The notes beneath the pieces were generated by a model, which saw nothing but the letters and a program-made list of their open reading frames with translations, made no database searches and was not told where the DNA came from. This document shows, piece by piece, positions 29,777 through 40,525 of a DNA stretch of 64,000 nt (the first letter of the stretch is position 1; the number at the start of each line of letters is the position of its first letter). The translations under genes were made by a program, and so were the position numbers. The stretch is taken from positions 1,600,001-1,664,000 of the forward strand of contig CBDEUK010000002.1 in the NCBI GenBank assembly GCA_965243205.1, given 5' to 3'. This DNA comes from Gammaproteobacteria bacterium (GTDB taxonomy: Bacteria > Pseudomonadota > Gammaproteobacteria > Eutrophobiales > Eutrophobiaceae).

Positions 29777-31533
29777 TTTTCGGCTTGATGTTTAAATTGT
29801 ATTTTATGCATTTGCGCATAGACCCCTTCCTTGTCCAATAACTCTTTATGTGTACCAATCTCAACAATTTTTCCAGAATCCAAGACGACAACTCTATCCG
29901 CATTTTCAATGGTTGATAAACGATGTGCTATCACAATACATGTACGTCCTTTACGAGCCTCTTCTAATGCTAGTTGAATATGCCTTTCGGAAACACTATC
30001 TAATGCGGATGTTGCTTCATCCAAAATTAATATCGGTGCATCTTTTAAAAGAGCCCGAGCAATCGCCAAACGTTGCTGTTGTCCCCCTGATAAACGTACA
30101 CCGCCACTACCAATCACAGTATCAAGTTTATTGGGTAATTCATTAATGAAATCATTCGCATGTGCCGCCTTTATTACTTCGTAAAAAGTTTGATCATCCA
30201 CATCTTTCACTGAGCCTAATGCAATATTTTTTCTTACTGTGTCATTAAATAAAAAAACATCTTGGCTTACTAACGCGACGTTAGCTCTTAACTTATCGAG
30301 AGACATTGAATAGAGGTCCTCTCCATCGATAAATACCATATCTTTTTTAACTTGGTAAAAACCCGCTAATAAACTTATCAATGTTGACTTTCCAGCACCC
30401 GAAGAACCTACCAAAGCAATTGTCTCTCCTGCTTTAACATCTAAAGAAATTCCATTTAACGAAACCCTATCACTATCAGGATAATAAAACTCAAGTGATT
30501 GTATTTTTATATTCCCTTTCAAGCGCTCAGGTTTAACTCTGGAATTAAACGTTACATCTTCAATAGGTTCATCAAGCATACTAAAAACACTTTCCGCAGC
30601 CGCCAAACCTTTCTGAATATATTCATTCACAGCAACTAAACGTTTCAATGGGCCTAATAACATCGCCATAGCACCAACAAACGACATAAACTCACCAACA
30701 CTTAAATTCCCTTCCAACGCACGTTGTGTCGCTACATAAATAATGATGGAAAGGAAAATCGCTACTATCACTTGAACTGCGGGGCTGCTTACTACAGCAG
30801 CCATGCTAAATTTCATTGCAGAAGCGTAGTTCTGCTTAATAATTTTATAGAATTGATGTTGTTTATTTTCGTAATCCGCATTTAATTTTATTAAACGAAT
30901 ACCTGCAATACTTTCTTGAAGGGAATGATTAATATCACTCATAGAATCCTGAACCCGGCGACTCATTTTACGTAACCGTTTTTTAATAATGGTTACTACT
31001 GCAACAATAAATGGCGCACTAACCAAAGCTATCAAGGCTAGCTGCCAATCCATATAGAGCATCCAACAGACCAAACCAATCACGGCTAAAGTATCTCGAA
31101 TCAATACGGTTAATGCGGCCGTGCAAGCATCCTTAACCTGAATCACATCAAACGTAAATTTTGATACCAAAGAGCCTGAAGTATGTGAATCAAAAAACCG
31201 TATAGGACATGCAATGATTCTTTCATACATTTGCTCTCTTAAGTCCAAAATCACTTTGTTGGCAACTGCATGTAAGGCAGCTCCGCTGATGTAAGCAGCA
31301 ACCCCTTTAATCACAAATAACCCGACAAACAACAATGGCATGACCTTGATTAACCAAGGATCTTGTTCAATGAAAGCACCATCTAACATTGGTTGGAGTA
31401 ACGCCGGTACCGCTGGTTCAGTAATGGCAAAAATAACCATCCCAGTAATTGCAATTGCGAATAAATGCCAGTGCGGCTTAACGTATTGGAGCAGTCTTAG
31501 ATATAGCTTTTTATCCTGCTGGATATCTTGCAT
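29773..31533 (-). CDS. msbA: Lipid A export ABC transporter, permease/ATPase
   Basis: YLRLLQYVKPHW N-terminus, TM domain, [34 protein letters not shown]. Confidence 0.85.
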   Translation of the reverse strand: MQDIQQDKKLYLRLLQYVKPHWHLFAIAITGMVIFAITEPAVPALLQPMLDGAFIEQDPWLIKVMPLLFVGLFVIKGVAAYISGAALHAVANKVILDLREQMYERIIACPIRFFDSHTSGSLVSKFTFDVIQVKDACTAALTVLIRDTLAVIGLVCWMLYMDWQLALIALVSAPFIVAVVTIIKKRLRKMSRRVQDSMSDINHSLQESIAGIRLIKLNADYENKQHQFYKIIKQNYASAMKFSMAAVVSSPAVQVIVAIFLSIIIYVATQRALEGNLSVGEFMSFVGAMAMLLGPLKRLVAVNEYIQKGLAAAESVFSMLDEPIEDVTFNSRVKPERLKGNIKIQSLEFYYPDSDRVSLNGISLDVKAGETIALVGSSGAGKSTLISLLAGFYQVKKDMVFIDGEDLYSMSLDKLRANVALVSQDVFLFNDTVRKNIALGSVKDVDDQTFYEVIKAAHANDFINELPNKLDTVIGSGGVRLSGGQQQRLAIARALLKDAPILILDEATSALDSVSERHIQLALEEARKGRTCIVIAHRLSTIENADRVVVLDSGKIVEIGTHKELLDKEGVYAQMHKIQFKHQAEN

Positions 31534-31704
31534 AGAATATGTTGTTGAATAAATGATTGTTAATCCTCAAAGAGTACATTGAATTTAATGCTAAACCAAT
31601 GTTAAATGCTTGCAAAAATTGAGAACTGTCTCGGCCAATACACTGTTTTACGTATATTATTTATGAACTAATGCTAACAAGATGATACCCGACGGAAACG
31701 ATAT

Positions 31705-32580
31705 ATGTCGAAAAAACATCCAATAGTTGCTGTTACTGGTTCCTCAGGAGCCGGCACGACCATTGTCAAAACAGCGTTTGAGCAAATATTCGATGCAGAA
31801 AATATTTCAGCTGCCATGATCGAAGGCGATTGTTTTCATCGTTATAACCGTGATGAAATGAATAAGGTTCGTGAACAGCATAACGTTGCTGGTCGTCATA
31901 TCACTCATTTCGGCCCTGAAGGAAATATTTTTGAAGAATTAGAGTGTGTCTTTAAAGAATATTCTGAAAAGGGTTCAGGTAAACGACGCTATTACATTCA
32001 TAACGAACAAGAGTCAGAACTGCATAATTCTCCTCTAGGCTCGTTAACCGACTGGGAAACCCTGCCTGAAAATAGTGATTTACTTTTCTATGAAGGCCTG
32101 CATGGTGGTGTTAAAACCGACTCAGTGGATGTCAGCCAATTTGTGGACTTATTAATTGGCGTCGTACCAATTATTAATTTGGAATGGATTCAAAAAATTC
32201 ACCGAGACCAATCAGTACGAGGTTATACTGCTGAAGACGCAACCAATATGATCCTTGGCCGAATGCATGATTACGTCCATTACATAACACCGCAATTTTC
32301 TCTAACAGATATCAATTTCCAACGCGTGCCGACGATTGATACGTCCAATCCATTCGCAGCGGATCATATTCCGACCAATGATGAAAGTTTCACTGTGATT
32401 CATATTCGTAACCAGGAAAAAATCCAAGTCGATTACCAATATTTGCTAAAAATGCTCGAAGGCTCATCTATGTCTTCACCTGACACAATTTTAATACCCT
32501 CAGGCAAGATGTTATTTGCCATGCAATTGATTTTAAATCCCGTGATTCGTAATCTCATGACTGAGAAAAATGATGAATGA
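31705..32580 (+). CDS. prkB: Phosphoribulokinase (proteobacterial class I, PrkB/CbbP type)
   Basis: MSKKHPIVAVTGSSGAGT, EGDCFHRY, YEGLHG, NLEWIQKIHRD, DINFQRVPTIDTSNPF. Confidence 0.93.
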   Translation: MSKKHPIVAVTGSSGAGTTIVKTAFEQIFDAENISAAMIEGDCFHRYNRDEMNKVREQHNVAGRHITHFGPEGNIFEELECVFKEYSEKGSGKRRYYIHNEQESELHNSPLGSLTDWETLPENSDLLFYEGLHGGVKTDSVDVSQFVDLLIGVVPIINLEWIQKIHRDQSVRGYTAEDATNMILGRMHDYVHYITPQFSLTDINFQRVPTIDTSNPFAADHIPTNDESFTVIHIRNQEKIQVDYQYLLKMLEGSSMSSPDTILIPSGKMLFAMQLILNPVIRNLMTEKNDE

Positions 32581-32615
32581 TGTGGATTTTTACTGAGTAA
32601 TTTTTAAACTGTCGC

Positions 32616-32621
32616 TATAAT
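32616..32621 (+). promoter_or_regulatory. Consensus -10 element upstream of the ParA-family gene
   Basis: TATAAT 24 nt before ATG, followed by AAAGGA SD; no convincing -35. Confidence 0.4.
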
Positions 32622-32645
32622 GACCAGATCAAAAGGATAATAACA

Positions 32646-33290
32646 ATGAAATCCATTCTTATATTAAATCCAAAAGGCGGATCGGGTAAAACGACCATTG
32701 CCACTAATTTAGCTGGTTATTTAGCTACTCAAGGCAAAAATGTTGCCTTAGCAGATATGGATCCGCAAGGTTCCAGTAACGACTGGCTCGCCGTCAGACC
32801 TGATGCTCGCCCTGTAATCACTGCTGGAACCCATGGTGATACGAAGAATATCCGTGTTGATAAATCCACTGATATATTAATCATCGATTCACCCGCTGCA
32901 TTACAAGGTAAAAAATTAGCGACCTTCATTAAAAATGCTGATTGTTTACTAATGCCAATTACTCCGTCACCTATCGATATTCGGGCGGCCGAAAAATTCT
33001 TTGAAGATTTAGTCGCACAAAAAAAATCGATAAACAAAAAAATTAAAATTGCTAGCATCGCAACTCGCGTACGTGAAGACACCATCGCTGCTGCAAAGCT
33101 TGAATATTATTTAGATGGCCTTAAGCTTCCAGGTGGGCAATCGTTACCGTTTTTATCTGTATTACGTATGAGTCAAAACTATATTCATGCGGCCGAACAG
33201 GGCTTGAGTATTTTTGAACTGGCTCCATCTAAGACCTACTATGATTTGGAGCAATGGCAGCCCATCATTAAATGGATCAATAAGATCTAG
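32646..33290 (+). CDS. Orphan ParA/MinD-family ATPase (short)
   Basis: Deviant Walker A KGGSGKTT, DMDPQGS, IIDSPA, PSPIDI; 214 aa, no parB nearby. Confidence 0.9.
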   Translation: MKSILILNPKGGSGKTTIATNLAGYLATQGKNVALADMDPQGSSNDWLAVRPDARPVITAGTHGDTKNIRVDKSTDILIIDSPAALQGKKLATFIKNADCLLMPITPSPIDIRAAEKFFEDLVAQKKSINKKIKIASIATRVREDTIAAAKLEYYLDGLKLPGGQSLPFLSVLRMSQNYIHAAEQGLSIFELAPSKTYYDLEQWQPIIKWINKI

Positions 33291-33316
33291 CATCATCTTT
33301 TTACCAAGCAGGTTTT

Positions 33317-34336
33317 ATGTCTTATAAGGTTACTCTACAGCCCGATGAAACTTCGTTCGAAGTTTTGCAAAATGAAACGGTTCTTGATGCAGCTTTGCGT
33401 CAAGGCGTAAGGCTACCTTATGGCTGTCGCGATGGTGCCTGTGGCGCCTGTAAATCAAAAGTTATTGATGGTACATTTTCATATATTAAACAAGATCTAT
33501 CAGGTCTATCTGATAAAGATAAATCGAATGGTTTTGGGTTAATGTGCCAAGCAATAGCGAATTCGGATTTGAATATCGAAGCTCGGCTAGCCAATACTCC
33601 AAATGAAATACAAATCCGTAAACTTCCCTGTAGAGTCATGCATATAGATAAATTAACGCATGACGTGGTGAGACTAAAATTAAAATTACCCAAGACAGAA
33701 CGTTTAGCATTTTTGGCGGGTCAATATATCGATATCTTAATGAGTGATGGCAAACAACGTTCGTTTTCCCTTGCTAATGCACCACATGACGACGAGTTTT
33801 TAGAATTACATATTCGCTATTATGAAGGTGGGGCATTTTCAGAATATGCTTTTAACGATCTTTCTGAAAAAACTTTATTAAGACTTGAAGGACCACATGG
33901 TAGTTTTTATTTTCGAGAAGATAGCGATAGACCAGTCATTATGGTGGCTGGCGGTACTGGTTTTGCTCCAGTTAAAAGTATTATCGAACACACTTTAGCC
34001 GCAGGAATACATCGTCCAATTAAATTCTACTGGGGCGTTCGAGCAAAATCTGATCTGTACCTAGCTGAATTAGCCGAGTCATGGACAAGTCAATACGATC
34101 ATATCGAATATATCCCTGTACTATCCGAACCGATACCTGAAGATAACTGGCAAGGACGCACTGGTTATGTACATGAAGCAGTATTAGAAGATTTTGAAAA
34201 CTTCAGTGCGTATGAAGTATATACATGTGGTCCACCACCCATGACCAAAGCCGTGTGTGAAAGTGTTGCCGCGAAAGGCTTAGAAGAAAAATATATTTAT
34301 TCGGATTCGTTTGAGTTTGCTGCGGCTAAAGAATAG
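33317..34336 (+). CDS. 2Fe-2S ferredoxin:NAD(P)H reductase fusion (AscD/RfbI-like)
   Basis: CRDGACGAC..C 2Fe-2S motif, GQY, RSFSLA, AGGTGFAP, YTCGPP, terminal DSF. Confidence 0.88.
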   Translation: MSYKVTLQPDETSFEVLQNETVLDAALRQGVRLPYGCRDGACGACKSKVIDGTFSYIKQDLSGLSDKDKSNGFGLMCQAIANSDLNIEARLANTPNEIQIRKLPCRVMHIDKLTHDVVRLKLKLPKTERLAFLAGQYIDILMSDGKQRSFSLANAPHDDEFLELHIRYYEGGAFSEYAFNDLSEKTLLRLEGPHGSFYFREDSDRPVIMVAGGTGFAPVKSIIEHTLAAGIHRPIKFYWGVRAKSDLYLAELAESWTSQYDHIEYIPVLSEPIPEDNWQGRTGYVHEAVLEDFENFSAYEVYTCGPPPMTKAVCESVAAKGLEEKYIYSDSFEFAAAKE

Positions 34337-34339
34337 TTA

Positions 34340-35560
34340 TTAAGAGCTCGGCAAGCGTTTCTGATTTGTGATATTACTTGGATCAGCGGCAATCGATAAT
34401 CCCAAACGATGGTAGTTTGAAGCCAATTCTGGTTCGTTTAATTCTTGTTGTAACAATTGCGCAAGTTCGTAAAACAATTCTGGGCTTTTTTCGTACTCAG
34501 CACACTCTTCAAAATATTCGCGCGCTTTGCCCCATAGTTGATTCTTGATACATAACCTGCCTAAGGTTAATAACAAGGTTGGATCGTTAGCATGGTTTTT
34601 TAATAAACCCTCGGCAAAGGATAATTGCGCAGACAAATCATTACCCTTTACCAAGCCATAAAGACGTACTAAACGCTCATCCCATTCTTTTTTAATCGAT
34701 TTACGCAGTAATAATTCACTGTCTTGATGATTTTCAAAACGTAAACGTTGTTGTACATAAACGTCGATTAAATATAACTCTGCACGAAGTTTTTTTGGAA
34801 TGGCTAACCACGTGTTACTTAAAGTCTGTTCATTATTACTTAATCCCGCATCTTCCAACTTACCTGCGTACGCTTGTAATTCATACGCTTTATACATATC
34901 TGCTATTAAGGCCGATTGTTTTTTAAGTTTTGGTAAAAGTTCTAAAACCTTTGACCATTCTTGTAAATCAATATAACTCGATAGCAACATACGGTTAACT
35001 TCAACTTGCTTAGGGTCATCATCATGTAATTTAGTGAGTGTTGCTAAAGCTTGCTCACGTTGATTTTGATCCATTTGTAATTTGGCTTGTGTAATACCAA
35101 CGGAAGCGTTTTTATCGTGTAAATCATGTGCAAGACTTAAATAATGATCACGAAGATCCAGTTCGCCCATCTGTTGAGCGGCCCTTGCTGCACCTAAATA
35201 ATTAAGTGTCGGATTTTTGCTGTACTTAGCACCCTTGCTTAATAATGACTCTGCCTTACGCCAATTTCCTTCTATTAAAGCAGTCATACCACTACTTAAA
35301 TATTCAGCATTATTAATCGAGTCTTTGCGTTGTTTATATTTTTGATAATCTTTTCCAGCTGAGGCAAATTTAAAAATTAAGCGCGTTAGTATGTAAAAAC
35401 TAATACATAATAAAATTAAACTAATAATAAAAAAGTTAAACGATGTTTGAACTGTATAATCGCCAAATGAAAAAACCATGTATCCATCATTACTTCCACC
35501 GACAACACCAATCAAAGCAGCAAGTGCTAATGCAATAATAACTGTAATTAGTAGTTTCAT
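34340..35560 (-). CDS. hemY: Heme biosynthesis-associated TPR protein HemY
   Basis: N-terminal TMs, EGNWRKAE, YLGAARAAQ, LGRLC..QLWGKAR.Y; last gene of hemCDX. Confidence 0.9.
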   Translation of the reverse strand: MKLLITVIIALALAALIGVVGGSNDGYMVFSFGDYTVQTSFNFFIISLILLCISFYILTRLIFKFASAGKDYQKYKQRKDSINNAEYLSSGMTALIEGNWRKAESLLSKGAKYSKNPTLNYLGAARAAQQMGELDLRDHYLSLAHDLHDKNASVGITQAKLQMDQNQREQALATLTKLHDDDPKQVEVNRMLLSSYIDLQEWSKVLELLPKLKKQSALIADMYKAYELQAYAGKLEDAGLSNNEQTLSNTWLAIPKKLRAELYLIDVYVQQRLRFENHQDSELLLRKSIKKEWDERLVRLYGLVKGNDLSAQLSFAEGLLKNHANDPTLLLTLGRLCIKNQLWGKAREYFEECAEYEKSPELFYELAQLLQQELNEPELASNYHRLGLSIAADPSNITNQKRLPSS

Positions 35561-35575
35561 ATCAACTCATCACAA

Positions 35576-36706
35576 TTAGTTATTATCAGATTGGTTATTA
35601 CGAATCACAGCCCTTAACGTTTCCAAAGAAGAACTGATATCAGGCATCTCGGGTTTTAATTCAACCGATTTCATTTTCGATAATGCTTCTATGATATTTA
35701 TCACGGCAGCATCATTCGATTTAAAATGTTGTTCTAACCATGCAGTGATCGTATCCACACTTGCATGTAGATTTTTCGTATCTTGAGTAAGAACTGCAAA
35801 CTTAGCGTTTTGTAATTGAAGACGTAAATTTTGATATAAATAATATTCTTGTTCGGGTAATAAAAACGCATTGCTACCATCTAATTCATCTTTATGTTTT
35901 ATGACTAAATTACTTTTCAGCTCTTGCCAAACTAAACCAGGTAAGCTTAATAAATTTTGCTGCCAAGTTTTATTTTCAGAAGATGTCGCTTCAGAATTAG
36001 TAGATGTATCCGTCTTGGTAAGAACTGAATTATCCTTTAAAGGTAAATTATCTACTTTGCTAATGAGATCTGATAAATACAAACTCATTCCAGAAGTATC
36101 TACTTTATTAACTGCTTTAAGCTTATTAATATCAGTCGTTAACTGTTGGCGTATTGTTAATAAACTTGGATCGGATAAATCTTTTAATCTTAAATCTGCA
36201 GTTTCTAATGCAGTGATCGCTGTTTGTGGATCATTCGCGAGTTGTAATCTTTGTAACGCAATAACAATTAAGTTTTCTATTTCTGCTAGAGACCAATCTA
36301 GGTTTGAATCAGGCCTTTCTTGATTTAGTGCAGTTAAGGTTTCTTGGATAGCCGTCTGATTGGTTTGTAATTCTTCAATCGCGGACTGTTGTTTTTCTTC
36401 GTTCGCAGTCGTTGATTCCAGTTTTTGTTTTAGTTGAGTTTCTAATTGTTCAACATCAGCTAAATTATTATCAATATTTGATTGAACTTGACTCTCAATA
36501 TCTGTTTTTAAAGCAGCAAGCTGTTGATGACCATGAGAGTAAATGTAATAAACTGCAGCAGCTAACGCCAAGATGCCTAAAAAACTAATGATCGCTAGCC
36601 ATTTAATCCATGAAGGAAAACTGGCTTCAACAGAATTCTCCGTTGTTAAATCGAACTCCGTGACGCTTTGGTCGGATTCGTTGTTTTGTTCTGTATCGTT
36701 ACTCAC
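35576..36706 (-). CDS. hemX: HemX family membrane-anchored coiled-coil protein
   Basis: Single TM, DWSLAEIE.LI..A.QRL, LLPEQ.YYLYQNLRLQL, PDISSSL; start reset to GTG 36706 with GAGGAAGG SD. Confidence 0.88.
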   Translation of the reverse strand: MSNDTEQNNESDQSVTEFDLTTENSVEASFPSWIKWLAIISFLGILALAAAVYYIYSHGHQQLAALKTDIESQVQSNIDNNLADVEQLETQLKQKLESTTANEEKQQSAIEELQTNQTAIQETLTALNQERPDSNLDWSLAEIENLIVIALQRLQLANDPQTAITALETADLRLKDLSDPSLLTIRQQLTTDINKLKAVNKVDTSGMSLYLSDLISKVDNLPLKDNSVLTKTDTSTNSEATSSENKTWQQNLLSLPGLVWQELKSNLVIKHKDELDGSNAFLLPEQEYYLYQNLRLQLQNAKFAVLTQDTKNLHASVDTITAWLEQHFKSNDAAVINIIEALSKMKSVELKPEMPDISSSLETLRAVIRNNQSDNN

Positions 36707-37463
36707 TGCCTTCCTCTTCAAAACACTGTTTCAATGCACTTATTAAACCATAAACATTCGTTGTCTCAGCAATCCAACTGTTTGCATGAAAACCCATTTG
36801 ATACACAGAATCTTGGCTGCGTTGACTCATTACAATAGTTGGGATTTCATTAACAGACCTTTCATAAGGTGTTGAATTCAATATTTTTTTTAAGTTTTCC
36901 GCTGCCTCGTTACTGGTTAACACTAACGCATCTGGCAACGTATCCCAAACTTGCTCCAGTTTGAGCTTATCATAGCACGGACATAGGCGTTCATAGAGCG
37001 CTAATGTATCTACCCGATTAGCCGATTTAGACAACTTACTCTGCAATAATTTGCGTCCTCCCAATCCTGATAAAATCAAAATGTTTTCATCTTTGATTTT
37101 ATCAGCTTGTAATTCTGGAATAGTTAATAACTGCTCACTATTGGATATACCATTAGGAAGTATGACTTGTTCCATTCCTTGAGCGTGTAATGCCGTTGTC
37201 GTTGCTTGCCCGATAGCAATTACTTGCTTAGATTTAAAATCTTGTAGATGCCAATATTGAAATGCAGCATCAACCGAATTGCGACTGGTAAAGATAAGAG
37301 TGGAATAGTTATTAAGCTGCGGAAATTTAATCTGCTCAAGAAATTTGATCTCAATGGTTGGAAACCGTATAGCTAACCATCCTTGTTCTTCAATTAACGC
37401 ACAAAGCTCTTCGGCTTGATGAGCCGGCCGAGTGACCAATACACGATATTGCTTATACGCCAT
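36699..37463 (-). CDS. hemD: Uroporphyrinogen-III synthase
   Basis: VLVTRP, FPTIEI, IFTSRNSV, AIGQAT, GGR.LL, YER, TS; follows hemC. Confidence 0.9.
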   Translation of the reverse strand: MAYKQYRVLVTRPAHQAEELCALIEEQGWLAIRFPTIEIKFLEQIKFPQLNNYSTLIFTSRNSVDAAFQYWHLQDFKSKQVIAIGQATTTALHAQGMEQVILPNGISNSEQLLTIPELQADKIKDENILILSGLGGRKLLQSKLSKSANRVDTLALYERLCPCYDKLKLEQVWDTLPDALVLTSNEAAENLKKILNSTPYERSVNEIPTIVMSQRSQDSVYQMGFHANSWIAETTNVYGLISALKQCFEEEGSE

Positions 37464-38389
37464 TAATCACGGTTAACCATCGATTCCAGAATTTTATCCG
37501 CACCTTTGGTTAATAATTGCTCTGCCAATTGTTCACCTAAAGATTCGGCATCCTTAACATCACCTTTGATATCCGCAGTAATGATTTCAGTACCATCAAC
37601 CTTACCAACTAAACCTTGCATATTGATAACATCATTTTTCAATTCTGCAAAAGCTGCTATTGGTAATTGGCAACCGCCATAGAGTTTTTTACTGGCTGCT
37701 CTCTCAGCAGAGATTCGGGAAGCAGTTGCACTATGTTCTAAGCAACTAATTAACTCTATCGTTTGTGGATCATTTTCTCGTGTTTCAATCCCAATAGCAG
37801 CTTGTCCAACAGCTGGCAATAAGACATCTGTCGAAATATATTCGCTAATTCTTTCTGCAAGTCCTAAACGTTTTATCCCAGCTGTTGCTAATATAATGGC
37901 ATCGTATTGACCATCGTCTAACTTACCTAATCGAGTACCAACATTGCCACGTAAATCTTTCAATTCTAAATCTGGTCGCAGTTTTCGTAACTGGCATTGT
38001 CTTCTAACACTCGACGTACCAACGACTGCATTTTCTGGCAGTTCGGATAAGGACGAATACTTATTCGATATAAAGGCATCTCTGGGATCTTCGCGTTCCA
38101 TGATCACAGATAACTGCAAGCCTGATGGAAAGTCAGCAGTCACATCTTTCATTGAATGAACCGCTATATCCGCTCTGTCTTCTAAAATCGCTTGCTCTAA
38201 CTCTTTCATGAACAACCCTTTGCCACCAATTTGCGAGAGCGGTGCTGACAAAAATCGATCGCCCTGAGTCGACATCGGCACTAATTCAACCTGTAAATCT
38301 GGGTGCTTTTTCTCTAATTCTTGTTGAACATGTTCAGCTTGCCACAAAGCAAGCGGGCTCTTTCGAGTCGCAATTCTAATAACAGACAT
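37463..38389 (-). CDS. hemC: Hydroxymethylbilane synthase
   Basis: [50 protein letters not shown]. Confidence 0.97.
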   Translation of the reverse strand: MSVIRIATRKSPLALWQAEHVQQELEKKHPDLQVELVPMSTQGDRFLSAPLSQIGGKGLFMKELEQAILEDRADIAVHSMKDVTADFPSGLQLSVIMEREDPRDAFISNKYSSLSELPENAVVGTSSVRRQCQLRKLRPDLELKDLRGNVGTRLGKLDDGQYDAIILATAGIKRLGLAERISEYISTDVLLPAVGQAAIGIETRENDPQTIELISCLEHSATASRISAERAASKKLYGGCQLPIAAFAELKNDVINMQGLVGKVDGTEIITADIKGDVKDAESLGEQLAEQLLTKGADKILESMVNRD

Positions 38390-38474
38390 GATTAAAATTT
38401 GGAGTTTAAATTATTGATGGATTAAGCTGTGAATATTACACCATAGCTTATCAATTTACTTTAAGATTCAAACT

Positions 38475-39428
38475 ATGAAACTTGCTATTGTTATGGATCC
38501 GATTCAGCGGATCAAAATTGAAAAAGACAGCTCTTTTGCTATGTTACTCGCCGCACAAAAACGCGGCTTGCAACTATTTTATATCGAACCAAACGACCTA
38601 TTTCTAGATCACGACCTAGCCTGTGCCAAAACTAAAGGACTCATTGTTAAAGACGATCTAAAAGGATGGTATGAATTTACCAGTGAACAAGTCAGTGAAC
38701 TTGGTGATTTTGATATTATTTTAATGCGCCAAGACCCGCCAGTAACGCCGGAATATTACGTCGCAACCTACATTTTGGAACATGCGCAAAAAGCGGGGGC
38801 GCGGGTAGTAAACGATCCAAGAAGCCTACGTGATGTGAATGAAAAGATTTATTGCACCTGGTTTGCAGATGTGATGTCACCTACATTGGTCAGTAAAGAT
38901 CAAACGACATTAATGAGTTTTTTAGATGTACATAAAGACATCATCGTAAAACCTTTGCATAGCATGGGCGGTGATTCTATTTTTCGAATTCAACAAGGCG
39001 ATCCCAATACATCAGCCATGTTGGAAGCCGTTAGTACAAAATTTTCTCAGTTCATCATGGCGCAAAAATACGTTCCAGAAATCACTCAAGGTGATAAACG
39101 TATTTTATTAATCAATGGTAAACCCGTGCCCTATGCCTTAGCCAGAATACCTAAATCTGGCGAAACCCGTGGCAATTTAGCGGCTGGCGGTACTGGTAAA
39201 GCAATTCCATTATCTGAACACGATTATGAAATCTGTCATCGAGTTGGAAATAAACTGATTGAAAAAGGCCTATACTTTGTAGGCCTCGATGTGATTGGCG
39301 ACTACTTAACAGAGATTAATGTCACTAGCCCAACCTGTATTAGAGAGCTTGATAAGGCAGAAAATTTGGATATTGCAGGTGATTTTATTGATTTCTTAGT
39401 TGATGAATGTAGCAAAAAATTTGCTTAA
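38475..39428 (+). CDS. gshB: Glutathione synthetase
   Basis: VMDP..KDSS, MRQDPP, NEK, GDKRI, RGNLAAGG, TEINVTSPT. Confidence 0.96.
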   Translation: MKLAIVMDPIQRIKIEKDSSFAMLLAAQKRGLQLFYIEPNDLFLDHDLACAKTKGLIVKDDLKGWYEFTSEQVSELGDFDIILMRQDPPVTPEYYVATYILEHAQKAGARVVNDPRSLRDVNEKIYCTWFADVMSPTLVSKDQTTLMSFLDVHKDIIVKPLHSMGGDSIFRIQQGDPNTSAMLEAVSTKFSQFIMAQKYVPEITQGDKRILLINGKPVPYALARIPKSGETRGNLAAGGTGKAIPLSEHDYEICHRVGNKLIEKGLYFVGLDVIGDYLTEINVTSPTCIRELDKAENLDIAGDFIDFLVDECSKKFA

Positions 39429-39502
39429 ACTAGCCCAGATATTAACTGTCTTATCGTTTCCAAGTATAATCTTTCCAATGCCTAAAACGCTGATCTTATA
39501 AT

Positions 39503-40525
39503 TTGTCTGCTGTAGCACCACAACCCATCGTCACTTCGCTGGATCGGTTTGGTCTGACCTTATGTTTGGCCATCATCATGCACGCCTTGATTATTCTCGG
39601 CATTACTTTTGCGCCTGAAGATATTATCCAACCGCGTTATGAAACGATGGAAATTATATTGGTTCAGCAAAGCGAAAAAAAAGCGCCGAAAGATGCAGAC
39701 TTCCTCGGCCAAGCAAATTTAGAAGGTGGGGGAGAAGATGAAGAAAAGGTGAGTCCTTCTACTCCAGTCCCAGCCCCTTTCCCTGAGCAAACTCCAGAAA
39801 TGACGGCTGCTCCAGATTTTGAAGAAGCTCCACCTCCTGAACCACCAACCCCTCCTGCACCTGAAGAAACTATAGTGGAAGCTGAACCACCTGCGGCCAA
39901 CCAGGAAGAAACCTTATTGCTTGCGGAAAATTCTGATGTCAAAGAAATCGTTCCCGAACCAGTCAAACAGGACGAGCCCATCGAAGCGCCGCCAAAGCCC
40001 ATTGAAACCAAGCCCGAGCCTGTTGCAAAAGAGGAAGTGAAAAAAACACCTCCTAAACCTAAACCCATGCCCAAACTTGAAACACCAAGCGCTGCTTCCT
40101 TATTAACCAATAGTTTAAAAATTGCCTCTTTAAGTGCAGAAATTCGTCGCAAGATGGAATCTAAAGCACAGAGGCCGAAACGTAAATTTGTATCAGCAAG
40201 CACAAAGGAATTTAAGTACGCAACCTATATGGAGGCTTGGCGTGCGAAAGTGGAAAGAGTTGGTAATTTAAATTATCCCGACGAAGCGAGAAGAAATAAA
40301 TTAAACGGTAGCTTGATTTTAGATGTGGCTTTGAATCCAGATGGCAGCATCAATGAAATTATTGTACGCAAACCTTCGGGTCATAAAGTATTAGATGACG
40401 CTGCAATTCGCATTGTAGAACTTGCGGCACCTTATGCAGAATTTCCAGAAAGTTTTCGCAGTGAAGTGGATCTTCTCCACATCACACGAACCTGGCGTTT
40501 TATGAACAGTAAAGGGTTTCGCTAA
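39503..40525 (+). CDS. TonB-family energy transducer
   Basis: N-terminal TM with His (AIIMHALII), Pro/Glu-rich linker, WRAKVERVGNLNYP, LDDAAIRIV..AAPY, HITRTW; follows gshB. Confidence 0.88.
   Translation: MSAVAPQPIVTSLDRFGLTLCLAIIMHALIILGITFAPEDIIQPRYETMEIILVQQSEKKAPKDADFLGQANLEGGGEDEEKVSPSTPVPAPFPEQTPEMTAAPDFEEAPPPEPPTPPAPEETIVEAEPPAANQEETLLLAENSDVKEIVPEPVKQDEPIEAPPKPIETKPEPVAKEEVKKTPPKPKPMPKLETPSAASLLTNSLKIASLSAEIRRKMESKAQRPKRKFVSASTKEFKYATYMEAWRAKVERVGNLNYPDEARRNKLNGSLILDVALNPDGSINEIIVRKPSGHKVLDDAAIRIVELAAPYAEFPESFRSEVDLLHITRTWRFMNSKGFR

Noticed and set aside
35871-36323. 150-aa plus-strand ORF
   Set aside because: Antisense shadow within hemX; Ser/Leu-rich, no motif
39760-40080. Locally higher GC and CCN-rich low-complexity sequence
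   Set aside because: Explained by the proline-rich TonB spacer; not a repeat array or foreign DNA
39664-40203. 179-aa Gly/Ser-rich minus-strand ORF
   Set aside because: Mirror of the Pro/Glu-rich TonB linker codons, not an independent gene
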